From positions 2,249,510-2,313,509 of the forward strand of contig OY781889.1 of the NCBI GenBank assembly GCA_963677185.1: 64,000 nt of DNA, read 5' to 3'. Below the pieces are notes generated by a model that was not told where the DNA came from, did no database searches, and saw nothing but the letters and a program-made list of their open reading frames with translations. Position numbers and translations under genes: made by a program. Origin of the DNA: Syntrophomonadaceae bacterium. GTDB lineage: Bacteria; Bacillota; Syntrophomonadia; Syntrophomonadales; Syntrophomonadaceae. This document shows, piece after piece, positions 45,782 through 56,800 of the stretch (within the stretch, counting starts at the first letter, position 1; every line of letters starts with the position of its first letter).

Positions 45782-47143
45782 TTGGGAACTGGAAATGGTA
45801 GAATATGGAGCCCGGCTGGGTTTAGTGCGGAGGAACTTGACTTGAGTGCGCTTATATGCGAGGTCAGGCAGGGCAGTATTGCCGATGAACTGGGAATTAA
45901 GGCCGGAGACATTCTGGTGAGGATCGACGGCCGCAAGGTAATGGATATTTTGGATTACCAGTTTTTTTCAGTTGATGAAGAAGTCGAGATTGAAATTGAA
46001 AAGCCGGATGGGCAGATGGAGATCATTGAGATCGAAAAGGATGCCGGGGAGAGCCTGGGATTAGGATTTGACCGGGTCATTTTTAACCGGATGAAAAAGT
46101 GTGCCAATCAATGCCTTTTTTGCTTTGTGGATCAGTTGCCGCCGGGAATGCGCCGCAGCCTGTACTTCAAGGATGACGACTACCGCCTTTCGTTTTTATA
46201 TGGCAATTTTATTTCATTGACCAATCTGAGTGCCGCAGATCGAAAAAAAATATATGCGATGAAGCTTTCACCGCTCTATGTATCAGTTCACAGCATGGAT
46301 GCCTCAATAAGGTCAGAGATAATGGGGAGTTCGAAGGCAGCCTTAATAGCCGGGGAAATTGAAAAGCTGCAGGAGCATGGTATATCAATTCACGCTCAAA
46401 TAGTGTTGTGCCCGGGCATTAATGACGGGACCAGCCTGTATAACAGCATCGAAAAGCTGGCTTTTTACTATCCGGCAGTGCTTTCCATAGGAATTGTGCC
46501 AGTGGGCATAACCCGCTGCAACAGCCGTTTGGATCGGATCAGGCCGGTCAGCAGACAGGAAGCGCATACACTGATAAAACGCGTTGAGGTATATCAAAAG
46601 CAATTTCGAAAGAAGCTCGGATGCGGATTCGTTTACCTGGCCGACGAGTTTTATATTAAAGCCGGCCTGGAGTTTCCTGATGCCGAATATTATGATGACT
46701 TTTGCCAGCTGGAAAATGGCATCGGCTTTTGCCGCATGCTTCTGGATGATTTTCAAGCCATGGAAGGTGATTTGCCAGAAGAACTGCCGGAACGGGAAAT
46801 ATTCCTGACGACGGGAATTTCGGCGGCTGGCGTTTTGAAACGGATTGCCAGCCGGCTTAACCAGGTTAAGGGCTTGCATGTGGAGGTTCTGCCGGTGGTC
46901 AACCATTTCTTTGGAGAACAGATTACTGTAACCGGTTTACTGACCGGAGTGGATATTTTACAGGCGCTTGGATCAGGTTATTCGGGCAAAACCGTTATTT
47001 TACCCGAGGTTCTCTTGAAAGAAGGGGAGTTAGTATTTCTAGACGGTATGACCGTTGATGAACTGGCCAGGCAAAGCGGAGCTGCAATAGTAATAACGGA
47101 TGGCAGCGCCGCCGGATTAATAGAAAGCGCTTTGAACAGCTGA
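45782..47143 (+). CDS. PDZ-domain radical-SAM protein (DUF512 family) found upstream of der in Clostridia.
   Basis: N-terminal PDZ (GIKAGDILVRIDGRKV). Cys cluster CANQCLFCF. C-terminal DUF512. The start is uncertain. Confidence 0.7.
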   Translation: MGTGNGRIWSPAGFSAEELDLSALICEVRQGSIADELGIKAGDILVRIDGRKVMDILDYQFFSVDEEVEIEIEKPDGQMEIIEIEKDAGESLGLGFDRVIFNRMKKCANQCLFCFVDQLPPGMRRSLYFKDDDYRLSFLYGNFISLTNLSAADRKKIYAMKLSPLYVSVHSMDASIRSEIMGSSKAALIAGEIEKLQEHGISIHAQIVLCPGINDGTSLYNSIEKLAFYYPAVLSIGIVPVGITRCNSRLDRIRPVSRQEAHTLIKRVEVYQKQFRKKLGCGFVYLADEFYIKAGLEFPDAEYYDDFCQLENGIGFCRMLLDDFQAMEGDLPEELPEREIFLTTGISAAGVLKRIASRLNQVKGLHVEVLPVVNHFFGEQITVTGLLTGVDILQALGSGYSGKTVILPEVLLKEGELVFLDGMTVDELARQSGAAIVITDGSAAGLIESALNS

Positions 47144-47163
47144 GGAACCTGGAGGAAAACAAG

Positions 47164-48486
47164 TTGAAACCTGTTATAGCCATTGTAGGCCGGCCTAATG
47201 TCGGTAAATCAACCCTTTTCAACCGCCTGGCAGGAAAACGCAAGGCTATTGTTGAAGACATCCCCGGTGTGACCAGGGACCGCTTGTATGATTCCAGCGA
47301 TTGGGAAGGCCGGGATTTCATAATTATTGATACCGGAGGAATCCGCTATGACGACGAGGCGCCCTTTGCCAGCGAAATCCGGATGCAGGTGGAGATCGCC
47401 ATTGAAGAAGCTGATTTAATCCTTTTCGTCGTTGATGCCCGGGAAGGCGCAACCAGCGAAGATGCCGAAGTCGCTCAAATGCTTCGTAAAACCCGCAAAC
47501 CCGTGATTCTCATCGCTAATAAGGTAGAAGATTTTGGCAAGCACCTGGACTACTATGATTTTTATAAACTGGGACTGGGAGAGCCAATCCCATTTTCGGC
47601 CATGCACGGTATGAACATTGATACGATTCTGGATGAAGCCATGGAGCGCATCGATATTCAGGACATAGAGGATGAGGCCGGCGATGCCACCCGCATAGCT
47701 ATTGTAGGCAGGCCTAACGTGGGGAAATCATCGCTGGTTAATGCCTTGCTGGGAGAGCATCGGGTCATTGTCAGCGAAGTGTCCGGAACTACCCGGGACT
47801 CAATTGACACTCCCTTCGCTTTCGAAGGCAAAGACTATCTGCTGGTGGATACTGCCGGCATCCGCCGCCGCTCGCGGATCAGGGATGCCGTGGAAAAATA
47901 CAGCATAATCAGGGCGTTGAAGAGCATCGATCGAGCCGACGTTGCTGTACTGATTCTCGATGCGCAGGACAAGGTGACTGAGCAGGATCAGCGAATTGCA
48001 GGGTATATTCATGAACAGGGCAAGGCTAATATTATTGTGGTTAATAAATGGGATTTGATAGCCAAGGACACCCGGACCATGAACGAATTTGATCGCGACA
48101 TAAGGGAAGAACTCAAGTTCATGGCCTACAGTCCGATACTGTACGTATCTGCACTGACCCGGCAACGGATTTTTAAGATTATTGAGCTGGTGGATTTTGT
48201 AGCTGATCAGCACCACCGGAGGATAACAACCGGTGAACTCAACCAGGTGATCAACGAAGCCATGATGCTGAATCCGCTTCCTGGCGGAGGCAAGAAGCGC
48301 GCGAAGATTTTCTACTGCACTCAGGTGAAAACCGCGCCCCCGACCTTTGTATTGTTTGCCAATGACCCAGATATGATTCATTTTTCATATATCCGTTATC
48401 TGGAGAATGTATTGCGTAAAAACTTTGGATTCGAGGGTTCGCCGGTGCGGATAATAGTAAGACAGCGGTCGCAAAAGGAAGAGTAA
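47164..48486 (+). CDS. der: Ribosome-biogenesis GTPase Der (EngA) with tandem GTPase domains and a KH-like domain.
   Basis: Two G1 boxes, GRPNVGKST and GRPNVGKSS. TTG start. Confidence 0.95.
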   Translation: MKPVIAIVGRPNVGKSTLFNRLAGKRKAIVEDIPGVTRDRLYDSSDWEGRDFIIIDTGGIRYDDEAPFASEIRMQVEIAIEEADLILFVVDAREGATSEDAEVAQMLRKTRKPVILIANKVEDFGKHLDYYDFYKLGLGEPIPFSAMHGMNIDTILDEAMERIDIQDIEDEAGDATRIAIVGRPNVGKSSLVNALLGEHRVIVSEVSGTTRDSIDTPFAFEGKDYLLVDTAGIRRRSRIRDAVEKYSIIRALKSIDRADVAVLILDAQDKVTEQDQRIAGYIHEQGKANIIVVNKWDLIAKDTRTMNEFDRDIREELKFMAYSPILYVSALTRQRIFKIIELVDFVADQHHRRITTGELNQVINEAMMLNPLPGGGKKRAKIFYCTQVKTAPPTFVLFANDPDMIHFSYIRYLENVLRKNFGFEGSPVRIIVRQRSQKEE

Positions 48487-48499
48487 AGGAGACAGTCCG

Positions 48500-49111
48500 G
48501 TGACAGAGGCTATAATAATTTTCGCATGTTATATTCTGGGGGCGATACCCTTTTCTTATCTAACAGTAAAGCTTTTTTCCGGCAGCGATATCAGAGAGAA
48601 AGGCAGCGGAAATGTAGGCGCGACCAATGTTCTGCGTATTATGGGCTGGAAAGTTGCGGCGGCCGCTCTGGCTGGCGATCTGCTCAAAGGCTTTTTCGCT
48701 GCGATGCTGGCCTATTATTGCAGCATTCATTTCCAGGTTCAGCTTGATCCCCGCTTTATGTCAGCCTTTGGAGGACTATTCGCCGTTCTGGGACATTGCT
48801 GGCCGGTTTTTCTCCAGTTTCGAGGCGGCAAGGGCGTCGCAACAGCCGCTGGAGCGTTGCTTTTTATTATGCCGGTAACCGTATTAATCCTGGCGGCCAT
48901 TTTTGCCGCTGTGATTGCTATAAGCCGCTACGTATCACTGGGCTCAGTTACGGCGGCCTTTTTATTACCTCTGGCAGTGTGGATAACAACTGATTACCCG
49001 CCCTATTATAAAATTTGCATGGCTATTACCCTTATTGTAGTTTTCAAACATCGCAACAATCTGGCCAAGCTGATGAGCGGCACTGAGAGAAAGCTTGGAG
49101 AAAAGGCATGA
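48500..49111 (+). CDS. plsY: Glycerol-3-phosphate acyltransferase PlsY.
   Basis: GSGNVGATNVLR acyl-phosphate site. Five TM helices. Confidence 0.9.
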   Translation: MTEAIIIFACYILGAIPFSYLTVKLFSGSDIREKGSGNVGATNVLRIMGWKVAAAALAGDLLKGFFAAMLAYYCSIHFQVQLDPRFMSAFGGLFAVLGHCWPVFLQFRGGKGVATAAGALLFIMPVTVLILAAIFAAVIAISRYVSLGSVTAAFLLPLAVWITTDYPPYYKICMAITLIVVFKHRNNLAKLMSGTERKLGEKA

Positions 49112-50157
49112 TGGAGTTGAACGGGGATAAAATATGCATAGCCGGATGCGGCAGCTGGGGCACGGCCCTGGCAGGCATGCTGGCAACCGGCGGACGCGAT
49201 ACCTGGCTGTGGGGTCGTGAACAGGACGGCATCGGCACCATAGCCAGCTTGCGCAGAAACGAACGCTATCTTCCTGGCGTTAATATCCCAAAAAGCTTGA
49301 ATGTTTGTTCGGACCTGGCCCAGGCATTGAACGGAGCCCGCTTTATAATAATTGCGGTGCCGGCACAGTCGGTCAGGGATTTTATTATTCGTTTGCAGCC
49401 GCTGCTGGCTGCGGGCACGATACTGGTTAATGTTGCTAAAGGACTGGAAATAGGGACCGGCTGGCGCATCAGCAAAATATATCAAGATATTCTGGGTGAT
49501 TATGACTATCGGTATGCAGTGCTTTCCGGTCCGAGCCATGCTGAAGAAGTAGCCCGGCAAATGCCCACGGCAATTACCGTTGCCTCTGACCGCCGAGATA
49601 TTGCTGCAGCGGTCCAGGATATCATGATGAATCCGTTTTTCCGCGTATATACTAACGATGACGTAGCCGGAGTAGAGCTGGGCGGCGCCCTGAAGAACAT
49701 ATTCGCCCTGGCCAGTGGAATATCCTATGGATTAGGCTACGGAGACAACACTGCTGCCGCTTTGCTGACCAGGGGATTACAGGAAATGATCCGAATAGGT
49801 GCGGCCATGGGTGGTGATCCCCGCACATTTACCGGATTATCAGGAATTGGCGACCTGGTCGTCACCTGTGGCAGCCGTCATTCCAGGAATCGCCGCGCTG
49901 GTGAATTGATTGGCAGCGGCTGCAGCCCTGAACAGGCGATGAATGAAGTGGGCATGGTGGTTGAAGGCATATATACGACCAGGGCTGTTTACGATCTGGC
50001 CGCAGACATTGGAGTTGACATGCCCATTTGCAACGCATGCTACAATGTATTGTATAATAAAGCAGACCCGGCTGCGGAGGTTGGGCGTCTTATGCAGCGC
50101 GACAAGAAAAATGAAACCGAGGAAACGCTGTACATTACTCTTAACGAGAAGCAATGA
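49108..50157 (+). CDS. gpsA: NAD(P)H-dependent glycerol-3-phosphate dehydrogenase.
   Basis: Rossmann motif IAGCGSWGTALA. Overlaps the plsY stop (ATGA). Confidence 0.9.
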   Translation: MMELNGDKICIAGCGSWGTALAGMLATGGRDTWLWGREQDGIGTIASLRRNERYLPGVNIPKSLNVCSDLAQALNGARFIIIAVPAQSVRDFIIRLQPLLAAGTILVNVAKGLEIGTGWRISKIYQDILGDYDYRYAVLSGPSHAEEVARQMPTAITVASDRRDIAAAVQDIMMNPFFRVYTNDDVAGVELGGALKNIFALASGISYGLGYGDNTAAALLTRGLQEMIRIGAAMGGDPRTFTGLSGIGDLVVTCGSRHSRNRRAGELIGSGCSPEQAMNEVGMVVEGIYTTRAVYDLAADIGVDMPICNACYNVLYNKADPAAEVGRLMQRDKKNETEETLYITLNEKQ

Positions 50158-50198
50158 TAGGCCGGCAGGTTCTGAACGGGCTGGGCCGGCAATATCTA

Positions 50199-51491
50199 AT
50201 GCAAGGAGGAACTAAAGTGGTCAACATAGCTTTACTGGGGTGCGGAACAGTCGGTTCAGGCGTGGTCAGGCTGTTTGCTCAAAATAGCGAACTGATAGAA
50301 AAAAGGATCGGCACCGGAGTAGCCATTAAAAAGGTTCTGGAAAAGGACCCTGACAAAGCCAGGGCTTTTGGGATACGTGATGAACAACTGGTTGCCAGTA
50401 TTGATGAAATTCTGGCCGATGAAGAAATTCAAATAGTGGTTGAGCTCATTGGAGGCATAGAACCAGCCTATTCATTTATCATCAGGGCCATGCAAAACGG
50501 CAAGCATGTGGTGACCGCTAACAAGGACCTTATTGCTGTAAAAGGCAAGGAAATATTCGAGACCGCTGAACAGAACCAGGTTGACTTTTATTTTGAAGCC
50601 AGCGTAGCTGGAGGGATACCCATTATCGCAGCATTGAAACAGTCGCTGGCCGCCAATCGAATTGATACGGTCATTGGGATTCTAAATGGAACAACCAACT
50701 ACATTCTGACTAAAATGAGCCGCGAAGGCCTGACCTTTGATACGGTACTAAAAGAAGCTCAAGAATTGGGATATGCCGAATCTGACCCTACATCCGATGT
50801 TGAAGGATTAGATGCGGCGCGAAAAATTGCCATCCTGTCGTCCCTGGCATTTAACACCCGGACTACTTTTGAAGATGTTTATGTAGAAGGCATCAGCGGA
50901 ATCAGCCCCCTGGACATAGAATACGGGCGGGAGCTTGGTTATGTCATTAAGCTTCTGGCCATTGCCAGGGAGGTTGATGGCAGGATTCATACCCGGGTGC
51001 ATCCGGCGATGCTGAAACGTTCGCACCCGCTGGCCGTAGTGGACGATGTTTTTAATGCGGTATTTGTTCAAGGAGATGCTGTGGGAGACCTTATGTTTTA
51101 CGGGCGGGGAGCAGGCCAGATGCCGACTGCTAGCGCTGTTGCCGGAGACATAATGGAGATATGCCGCAATATCAAGAGTGAATGCCCGGCCCGTCTGGGC
51201 TGCACCTGCTTTGATAACAAACCGGTAATCAGCATAAACGAGTTGATTAACTGTTTCTATATCCGCCTGGAGGTAACTGACCGGCCGGGAGTGTTAGCCG
51301 AAATAGCCAGTGTATTTGGCAAAAACAATGTGAGCATCGCTACCGTGCTGCAGAAAACCAGCGGCGATCTGGCGACTCTAATTCTGATCACTCATGAGGT
51401 TAAGGAACAGTACCTGCAAGATGCGTTGCAGATCCTGAAAAGCCTTGACGTAGTGGCTGAAATCAATAATGTTATCCGCCTGGAAGGCTAA
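50199..51491 (+). CDS. hom: Homoserine dehydrogenase with a C-terminal ACT domain.
   Basis: NIALLGCGTVGSGV NAD site. ACT domain CFYIRLEVTDRPGVLAEI. Confidence 0.9.
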   Translation: MQGGTKVVNIALLGCGTVGSGVVRLFAQNSELIEKRIGTGVAIKKVLEKDPDKARAFGIRDEQLVASIDEILADEEIQIVVELIGGIEPAYSFIIRAMQNGKHVVTANKDLIAVKGKEIFETAEQNQVDFYFEASVAGGIPIIAALKQSLAANRIDTVIGILNGTTNYILTKMSREGLTFDTVLKEAQELGYAESDPTSDVEGLDAARKIAILSSLAFNTRTTFEDVYVEGISGISPLDIEYGRELGYVIKLLAIAREVDGRIHTRVHPAMLKRSHPLAVVDDVFNAVFVQGDAVGDLMFYGRGAGQMPTASAVAGDIMEICRNIKSECPARLGCTCFDNKPVISINELINCFYIRLEVTDRPGVLAEIASVFGKNNVSIATVLQKTSGDLATLILITHEVKEQYLQDALQILKSLDVVAEINNVIRLEG

Positions 51492-51497
51492 CCAGCC

Positions 51498-52415
51498 ATG
51501 AAGGTGCATTTGCGGGTGCCAGCCACCACCGCCAATCTCGGCCCCGGATTTGATTCTCTGGGCCTGGCTCTAAACCTTTATATTGAGCTGGTCATGAGTT
51601 CTGGCAACGATACTGATTCTGTGGAACTGCTGGGCGAAATGGATGGCATTGGAACAGAACCGTCCAATAACCTGATAATGCGCGCATCAAGCCTGGTATT
51701 TGAACGGGCAAGAAAGCGGCCCGAAGGCTTGATGCTGAAAATATTCAACAGTATTCCTATTGGCAAAGGGCTGGGGAGCAGCGCTTCGGCCATTGTCGCC
51801 GGTATGTTCGCCGCCAACCGCCTGATTGGGGATCCCTTCACCCGGGACGAACTGATGGATATGGCCGCAGACATGGAGGGGCATCCGGATAATGTTGTTC
51901 CCGCAGTGGTAGGAGGTCTCACGGCCTCGATGATTTCCGGCGGCAAGGTTTATTACCACCGCCTTGATCCCGGTAGCGATCTAAAGATAGTCGTGGCCGT
52001 GCCTGATTTTGATCTGCCGACCAAGACGGCCCGGGCGGTCCTGCCCGAACAAATAAGCCGCACTGACTTCATAGATGGAATTCAAAAGACGTCATTTTTG
52101 CTTATGGGTCTCATTATCAGAGACTACAGCAATATTAAAATGGCCCTGGAAAAGATCCTGTTCCAGGAGATTAGAAGCACCTTCATTCCGGGATATAGTA
52201 AGATTGTGGAAAAGGCTTGCGAAGCCGGGGCCTTAGGTGTAACCTTGAGCGGAGCCGGACCTTCTCTGGCTGCATTTACCCTGGTTAATGAGAGTGAAAT
52301 CTGTCATGCCATGAGCCAGGCCTTTAAGCTGGAGGGCATAGAATCCCGCTGCTATATTCTGTCTCCAGAAACGGAAGGGGTCAGCTTTATTGACCGGCGA
52401 TCGGCTATGATATAA
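51498..52415 (+). CDS. thrB: Homoserine kinase.
   Basis: PATTANLGPGFD and the GHMP-kinase motif PIGKGLGSSAS. Confidence 0.85.
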   Translation: MKVHLRVPATTANLGPGFDSLGLALNLYIELVMSSGNDTDSVELLGEMDGIGTEPSNNLIMRASSLVFERARKRPEGLMLKIFNSIPIGKGLGSSASAIVAGMFAANRLIGDPFTRDELMDMAADMEGHPDNVVPAVVGGLTASMISGGKVYYHRLDPGSDLKIVVAVPDFDLPTKTARAVLPEQISRTDFIDGIQKTSFLLMGLIIRDYSNIKMALEKILFQEIRSTFIPGYSKIVEKACEAGALGVTLSGAGPSLAAFTLVNESEICHAMSQAFKLEGIESRCYILSPETEGVSFIDRRSAMI

Positions 52416-52449
52416 TCGGCGCCAGAGTAACTAATACATATAACAACCT

Positions 52450-53694
52450 ATGAAAAGGAATCGGGAGTGGATTGTCTTGTCTTTAATCGTGGCAAAATTT
52501 GGAGGAAGCTCGGTTGCATCGCTGAAGCGAATTGAAAATGTTGCCAGCCGGGTCGCAGCACTGAAAAAGGAATTCGATGACATTGTGGTCGTGGTCTCCG
52601 CTATGGGGGATACCACAGATGATTTGATTGAACTGGCCCAGGGGCTGGGTAACGGTCACAGTCCGAGGGAAATGGATATGCTTCTTTCCACCGGGGAACA
52701 GCAGTCGGCAGCCCTGCTGGCCATGAGCCTTGCGACCAAGGGTGTTATGGCAATTTCTTTAACCGGCTGGCAGGCTGGCATCGTAAGTGACGAAGTGCAC
52801 AGCAAGGCCAGGATCGCGCATATATTGCCAGAGAGACTGGCCGCCGAACTGGAAAAAGACCAGGTGGTAGTTGTGGCCGGGTTTCAAGGTATAACCCCGG
52901 TAGGCGATATAACGACCCTCGGACGGGGGGGCTCCGATACGACCGCAGTGGCTCTGGCTGCCAGCATCGGGGCTGAACGCTGCATAATTTTTACGGATGT
53001 CAATGGCGTATATACGGCAGATCCACGCCTGGTTTCCAATGCCCGCAAGCTGGACCGGATTTCATATGAAGAAATGCTGGAGCTAGCCAGTCTGGGAGCG
53101 GTGGTTATGCAGCCGAGGGCAGTGGAATGCGCTATGCATAACGATGTTGAGGTTGAAGTTAAAAGCAGCTTCACAGATGTTCATGGTACGTTAATAACGG
53201 AGGTGACCAAATTGGAGAAGGAAAACGTAGTTACAGGAATAGCCCACGATGGAAATGTTGCCAAGATGGCCCTATTTGACGTGCCTGACCGGCCTGGGAT
53301 GGCGGCGCAAATATTCAAGGCTCTGGCTGAAGTTCATGTAAGTGTGGACATGGTTATCCAGTCCGCTATGCGTGGAGATCGCAACGATATTGCGTTCACG
53401 ATAGAACGCGGGGATCTGGAAAAGGCAATACCTGTGGTAAAGGAAGTTCTGGGCGATATGGGAGCCACCGGAATGGCTTACGGGCAAGATGTGGCCAAGG
53501 TTTCCATAGTGGGAGCGGGTATGCAGAGCAAGCCCGGCGTGGCCGCCCGAATGTTTGAAGCCCTGGCCGAAGAGGGCATTAACATTCAGATGATCGCGAC
53601 TTCAGAAATCAGGGTTTCATGCATTATTGATGAAAACGAAATAGAAAAGGCAGTACGGGCTCTGCACAAGAAATTCGAACTGGACCAGGAATAG
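52450..53694 (+). CDS. lysC: Aspartate kinase (monofunctional, two ACT domains). A TTG start around 52477 is possible.
   Basis: IVAKFGGSSV. Two ACT repeats. Lies directly after thrB. Confidence 0.85.
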   Translation: MKRNREWIVLSLIVAKFGGSSVASLKRIENVASRVAALKKEFDDIVVVVSAMGDTTDDLIELAQGLGNGHSPREMDMLLSTGEQQSAALLAMSLATKGVMAISLTGWQAGIVSDEVHSKARIAHILPERLAAELEKDQVVVVAGFQGITPVGDITTLGRGGSDTTAVALAASIGAERCIIFTDVNGVYTADPRLVSNARKLDRISYEEMLELASLGAVVMQPRAVECAMHNDVEVEVKSSFTDVHGTLITEVTKLEKENVVTGIAHDGNVAKMALFDVPDRPGMAAQIFKALAEVHVSVDMVIQSAMRGDRNDIAFTIERGDLEKAIPVVKEVLGDMGATGMAYGQDVAKVSIVGAGMQSKPGVAARMFEALAEEGINIQMIATSEIRVSCIIDENEIEKAVRALHKKFELDQE

Positions 53695-53818
53695 CACGTA
53701 TTGATGAATATCGGTAAGAACCAATAAAACATATTCCATTAAGGATGTCGATTTTTGGTATAATATATTAAACCTCAAGCGCCGGATCATAATATGACCA
53801 GTCTGGAGGTAATATACC

Positions 53819-56800
53819 ATGACTGATACCAACAGCTTCAGCCAGGCCCAGCAAGAGCATCCTCCATCCTGTGAATCAATAGATGCCAGTGTGCAGTCAT
53901 ATCCTCTCACGGATGTTGCCGGTTCGCTGAGCGAACCCGGACAGTTCCTGGAAATCGCCATTGAATGCTCCCGGTCGTTATCTGATTATCATTCCCGCCA
54001 TCTTGTTTACCAGCATATTAATCCGCAGAATCTTCTATGGGATGATCAACGGCGCCGCATCATCCTGAAGGAACGATTCAGCATTTCATACAGTGCCGAC
54101 CAGGAGGGTGAAGCCTACCCGGTTTCGCTTTCCGAAAACGATCTTGCCTATATGTCTCCCGAACAAACGCGCAGAATGAATCGCAGATTAGATTATCGCA
54201 CTGATTTGTATTCCCTTGGAGTCAGCCTGTATGAGTTGCTGGCCGGTAAAAAGCCGTTTATGGCCAGTGATGTGCTGGGATGGTTTCACCAGCATATTGC
54301 TCATTCTCCACCGCCTCTCTCCGTGGTTGTTCCCGGTATGCCCGGCATGCTGTCTGATATTGTCATGAAATTACTGGAAAAAAATCCGGAAAACCGCTAT
54401 CAAACTGCACAGGGACTCAAGCTGGACCTGGAAAGATGCCTGCAGATGTGGATGGAAGGAAAGGAAATCGAGACTTTCGTCCCCGGGGAATTCGATATTT
54501 CTGAACGCTTGTTGATCCCGCAAAAGCTATACGGGAGACGGATGGAAAAGAAAACCATGATGAACGCCTTTCAGCGTATTTGCGATGGCCGCTGCGGGCT
54601 TATGCTGGTTAACGGATATGCTGGAATTGGTAAAACATCACTGGTTCATGAGATATGCCAGGAGGTAGTCAAGAGGTCGGCTTTTTATACCGAAGGTAAA
54701 TTTGATCAATTGCGCCGAAACATTCCGTACAGTGCCTTGATAATGGCATTCAGAGGGCTGGTCAGACAGTTGTTGATGGGGGATCGCTGGGCTCTGGACA
54801 GGTGGAAGTCTGCCTTAATGAATGTCCTCGGAGCCAACGGGCAGATCATCATAGACGCCATTCCTGAACTGGAGCTTATTATTGGCAAACAACCAGCGAT
54901 AGCAGCCCTTAATCCCGATGAAACCAGGAACCGTTTCAACCTGGTTTTCCAGAACTTTGTCAAGGTCTTCGCTACAGCTGAACATCCCCTGGTAGTGTTT
55001 ATTGATGACTTTCAATTTGCCGACTTCGACTCTTTCAAACTGCTGGAAACCCTGCTGACTGACATACGCAATGAATATCTGTTGTTTGTTGCAGCTTTTC
55101 GGGATTATGAGACAGAAGGCGAGCACCCCATTCAGCTTTCGCTGGAAGCTATTAGAGACGCAGGTGTCGAAATAACGGAAATGCATCTCAGAACCTTGCA
55201 CGCGGAATCTATTAACAGAATGCTGGCTGATGCATTGCATCTTCCAAGCGCACAGACCGACAGACTGGCCGCGCTTATTACGGAAAAAACCATGGGGAAT
55301 CCGTTTTTTGTCAACCAGCTGATTAGAAAAATCCATGAAGACGGCCTGCTGTACTTTAATCCGCCGAAAGGACGCTGGGAGTGGGATCTTGAAGGGATCA
55401 GGGCGCAAAGCATGAGCGACAACGTAATTGATTTGCTGGCAGTAAAAATCGGCAAATTGAGCCCGGCAACCAGGCACCTGATTACCCTGGCGGCATGCAT
55501 TGGCATCAGGTTCGATCTGGATATCCTTAATGCTCTTAGCGGATATTCTCAAGAGGAAACCCGAAACAGTCTTGGAGAGATGATTAGGGAGGGCCTGGTG
55601 GCACCTGATCAGGGTTCAGATATCCTTGAAACCCTTGAAGGTTTCGAACGGGAAGACTTTTTCCAATTCCAGCATGACCGCATTCAGGAAGCGGCTTATT
55701 CCATACTGGACCATGGGGCCAGCAGTCACATCCACCTGAAGATAGGCCGCTTGCTGCTGGTGGATAAGGCCGAAGAAATGAGGCCTGAAGAGATTTTTAC
55801 CGTAGTCGACCATATGAACCGTGCCGTGGAATTGATAGTCAGTAACGATGAGCGCATCCTTCTTGCCAGGCGGAATCTGGCCGCAGGCCAGAAAGCCAAG
55901 GAATCCACGGCCTATTCACAGTCAGTCAATTATTTTCGCTGCGGCATTTCAGCACTTCCAGGAGACAGCTGGGATTCCTATCATGAACTGGCCTATGTCC
56001 TGCACCGGGAGCTCTCCGAAAGCGAATACCTGGTCGGGCATCATGAAACGGCTCAGGAGCTTTTCGAACTGGTTCTGGGCAATTGCCACAACCGGATAGA
56101 AAAGGCCGAGATGTACAATATCATAATAACCCTGTATGGAGTTCAAGGCCGTTTTGTAGAAAATAATCGCGAGGGCATGAAGGCGCTGGAGCTTTTCGGA
56201 TATAGTTTCCCGGAGCTTGATGACCAAACGGCCATAGGAGCGGCAATTGCTGCTGAAATTGAAGCTTACCGGCATACTCTTGGCGGGAGGGAAATTCGGG
56301 AATTACTGGCTATTCCAGTGATGGCCAGTCCAGAGAGGGATGTATGTGCGCGCATAATCAGGAATATGTTCACCCCCGCTTTTATTAGCAATCCCGCCTT
56401 GCTTACCCTGCTTTGCCTGAAATCCATCAATGATAGCATCGAATACGGTATTCAACCTGACCAGGACTATGTTTTCGCGGCGGCGGCACTGGTACTGGGG
56501 ACCTACCGAGGCGATTATGAAACCGGATACGAGTACGGGCAGATGGCATTCAAGCTCAATGAGCAAAACCGCATGATTGTTACTCGAGCTGTGATCTTTC
56601 ACACGGTGGGGATGATGGTTCATCACTGGCGTCGGCCTTTCAATGAGAGCCTTGAATATTTGCGCGAAGCCTTTCGGAGCGGTCAGGAGTCCGGAGATTA
56701 TGTTTACGCAACTAACGCAGCCATAGGTTACGCGCGTATGCTGCTTTCGTACGGACACCATAAGCTGCAGTATGTGCTGGAAGAAACCGACCGAACCATC

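Noticed and set aside
54815-55552. 245-aa and 124-aa antisense ORFs inside the 1948-aa gene, and similar antisense ORFs inside leuS, der, hom and flotillin.
   Set aside because: They are fully embedded antisense to well-supported conserved genes, with no homology signals. These are spurious six-frame ORFs.
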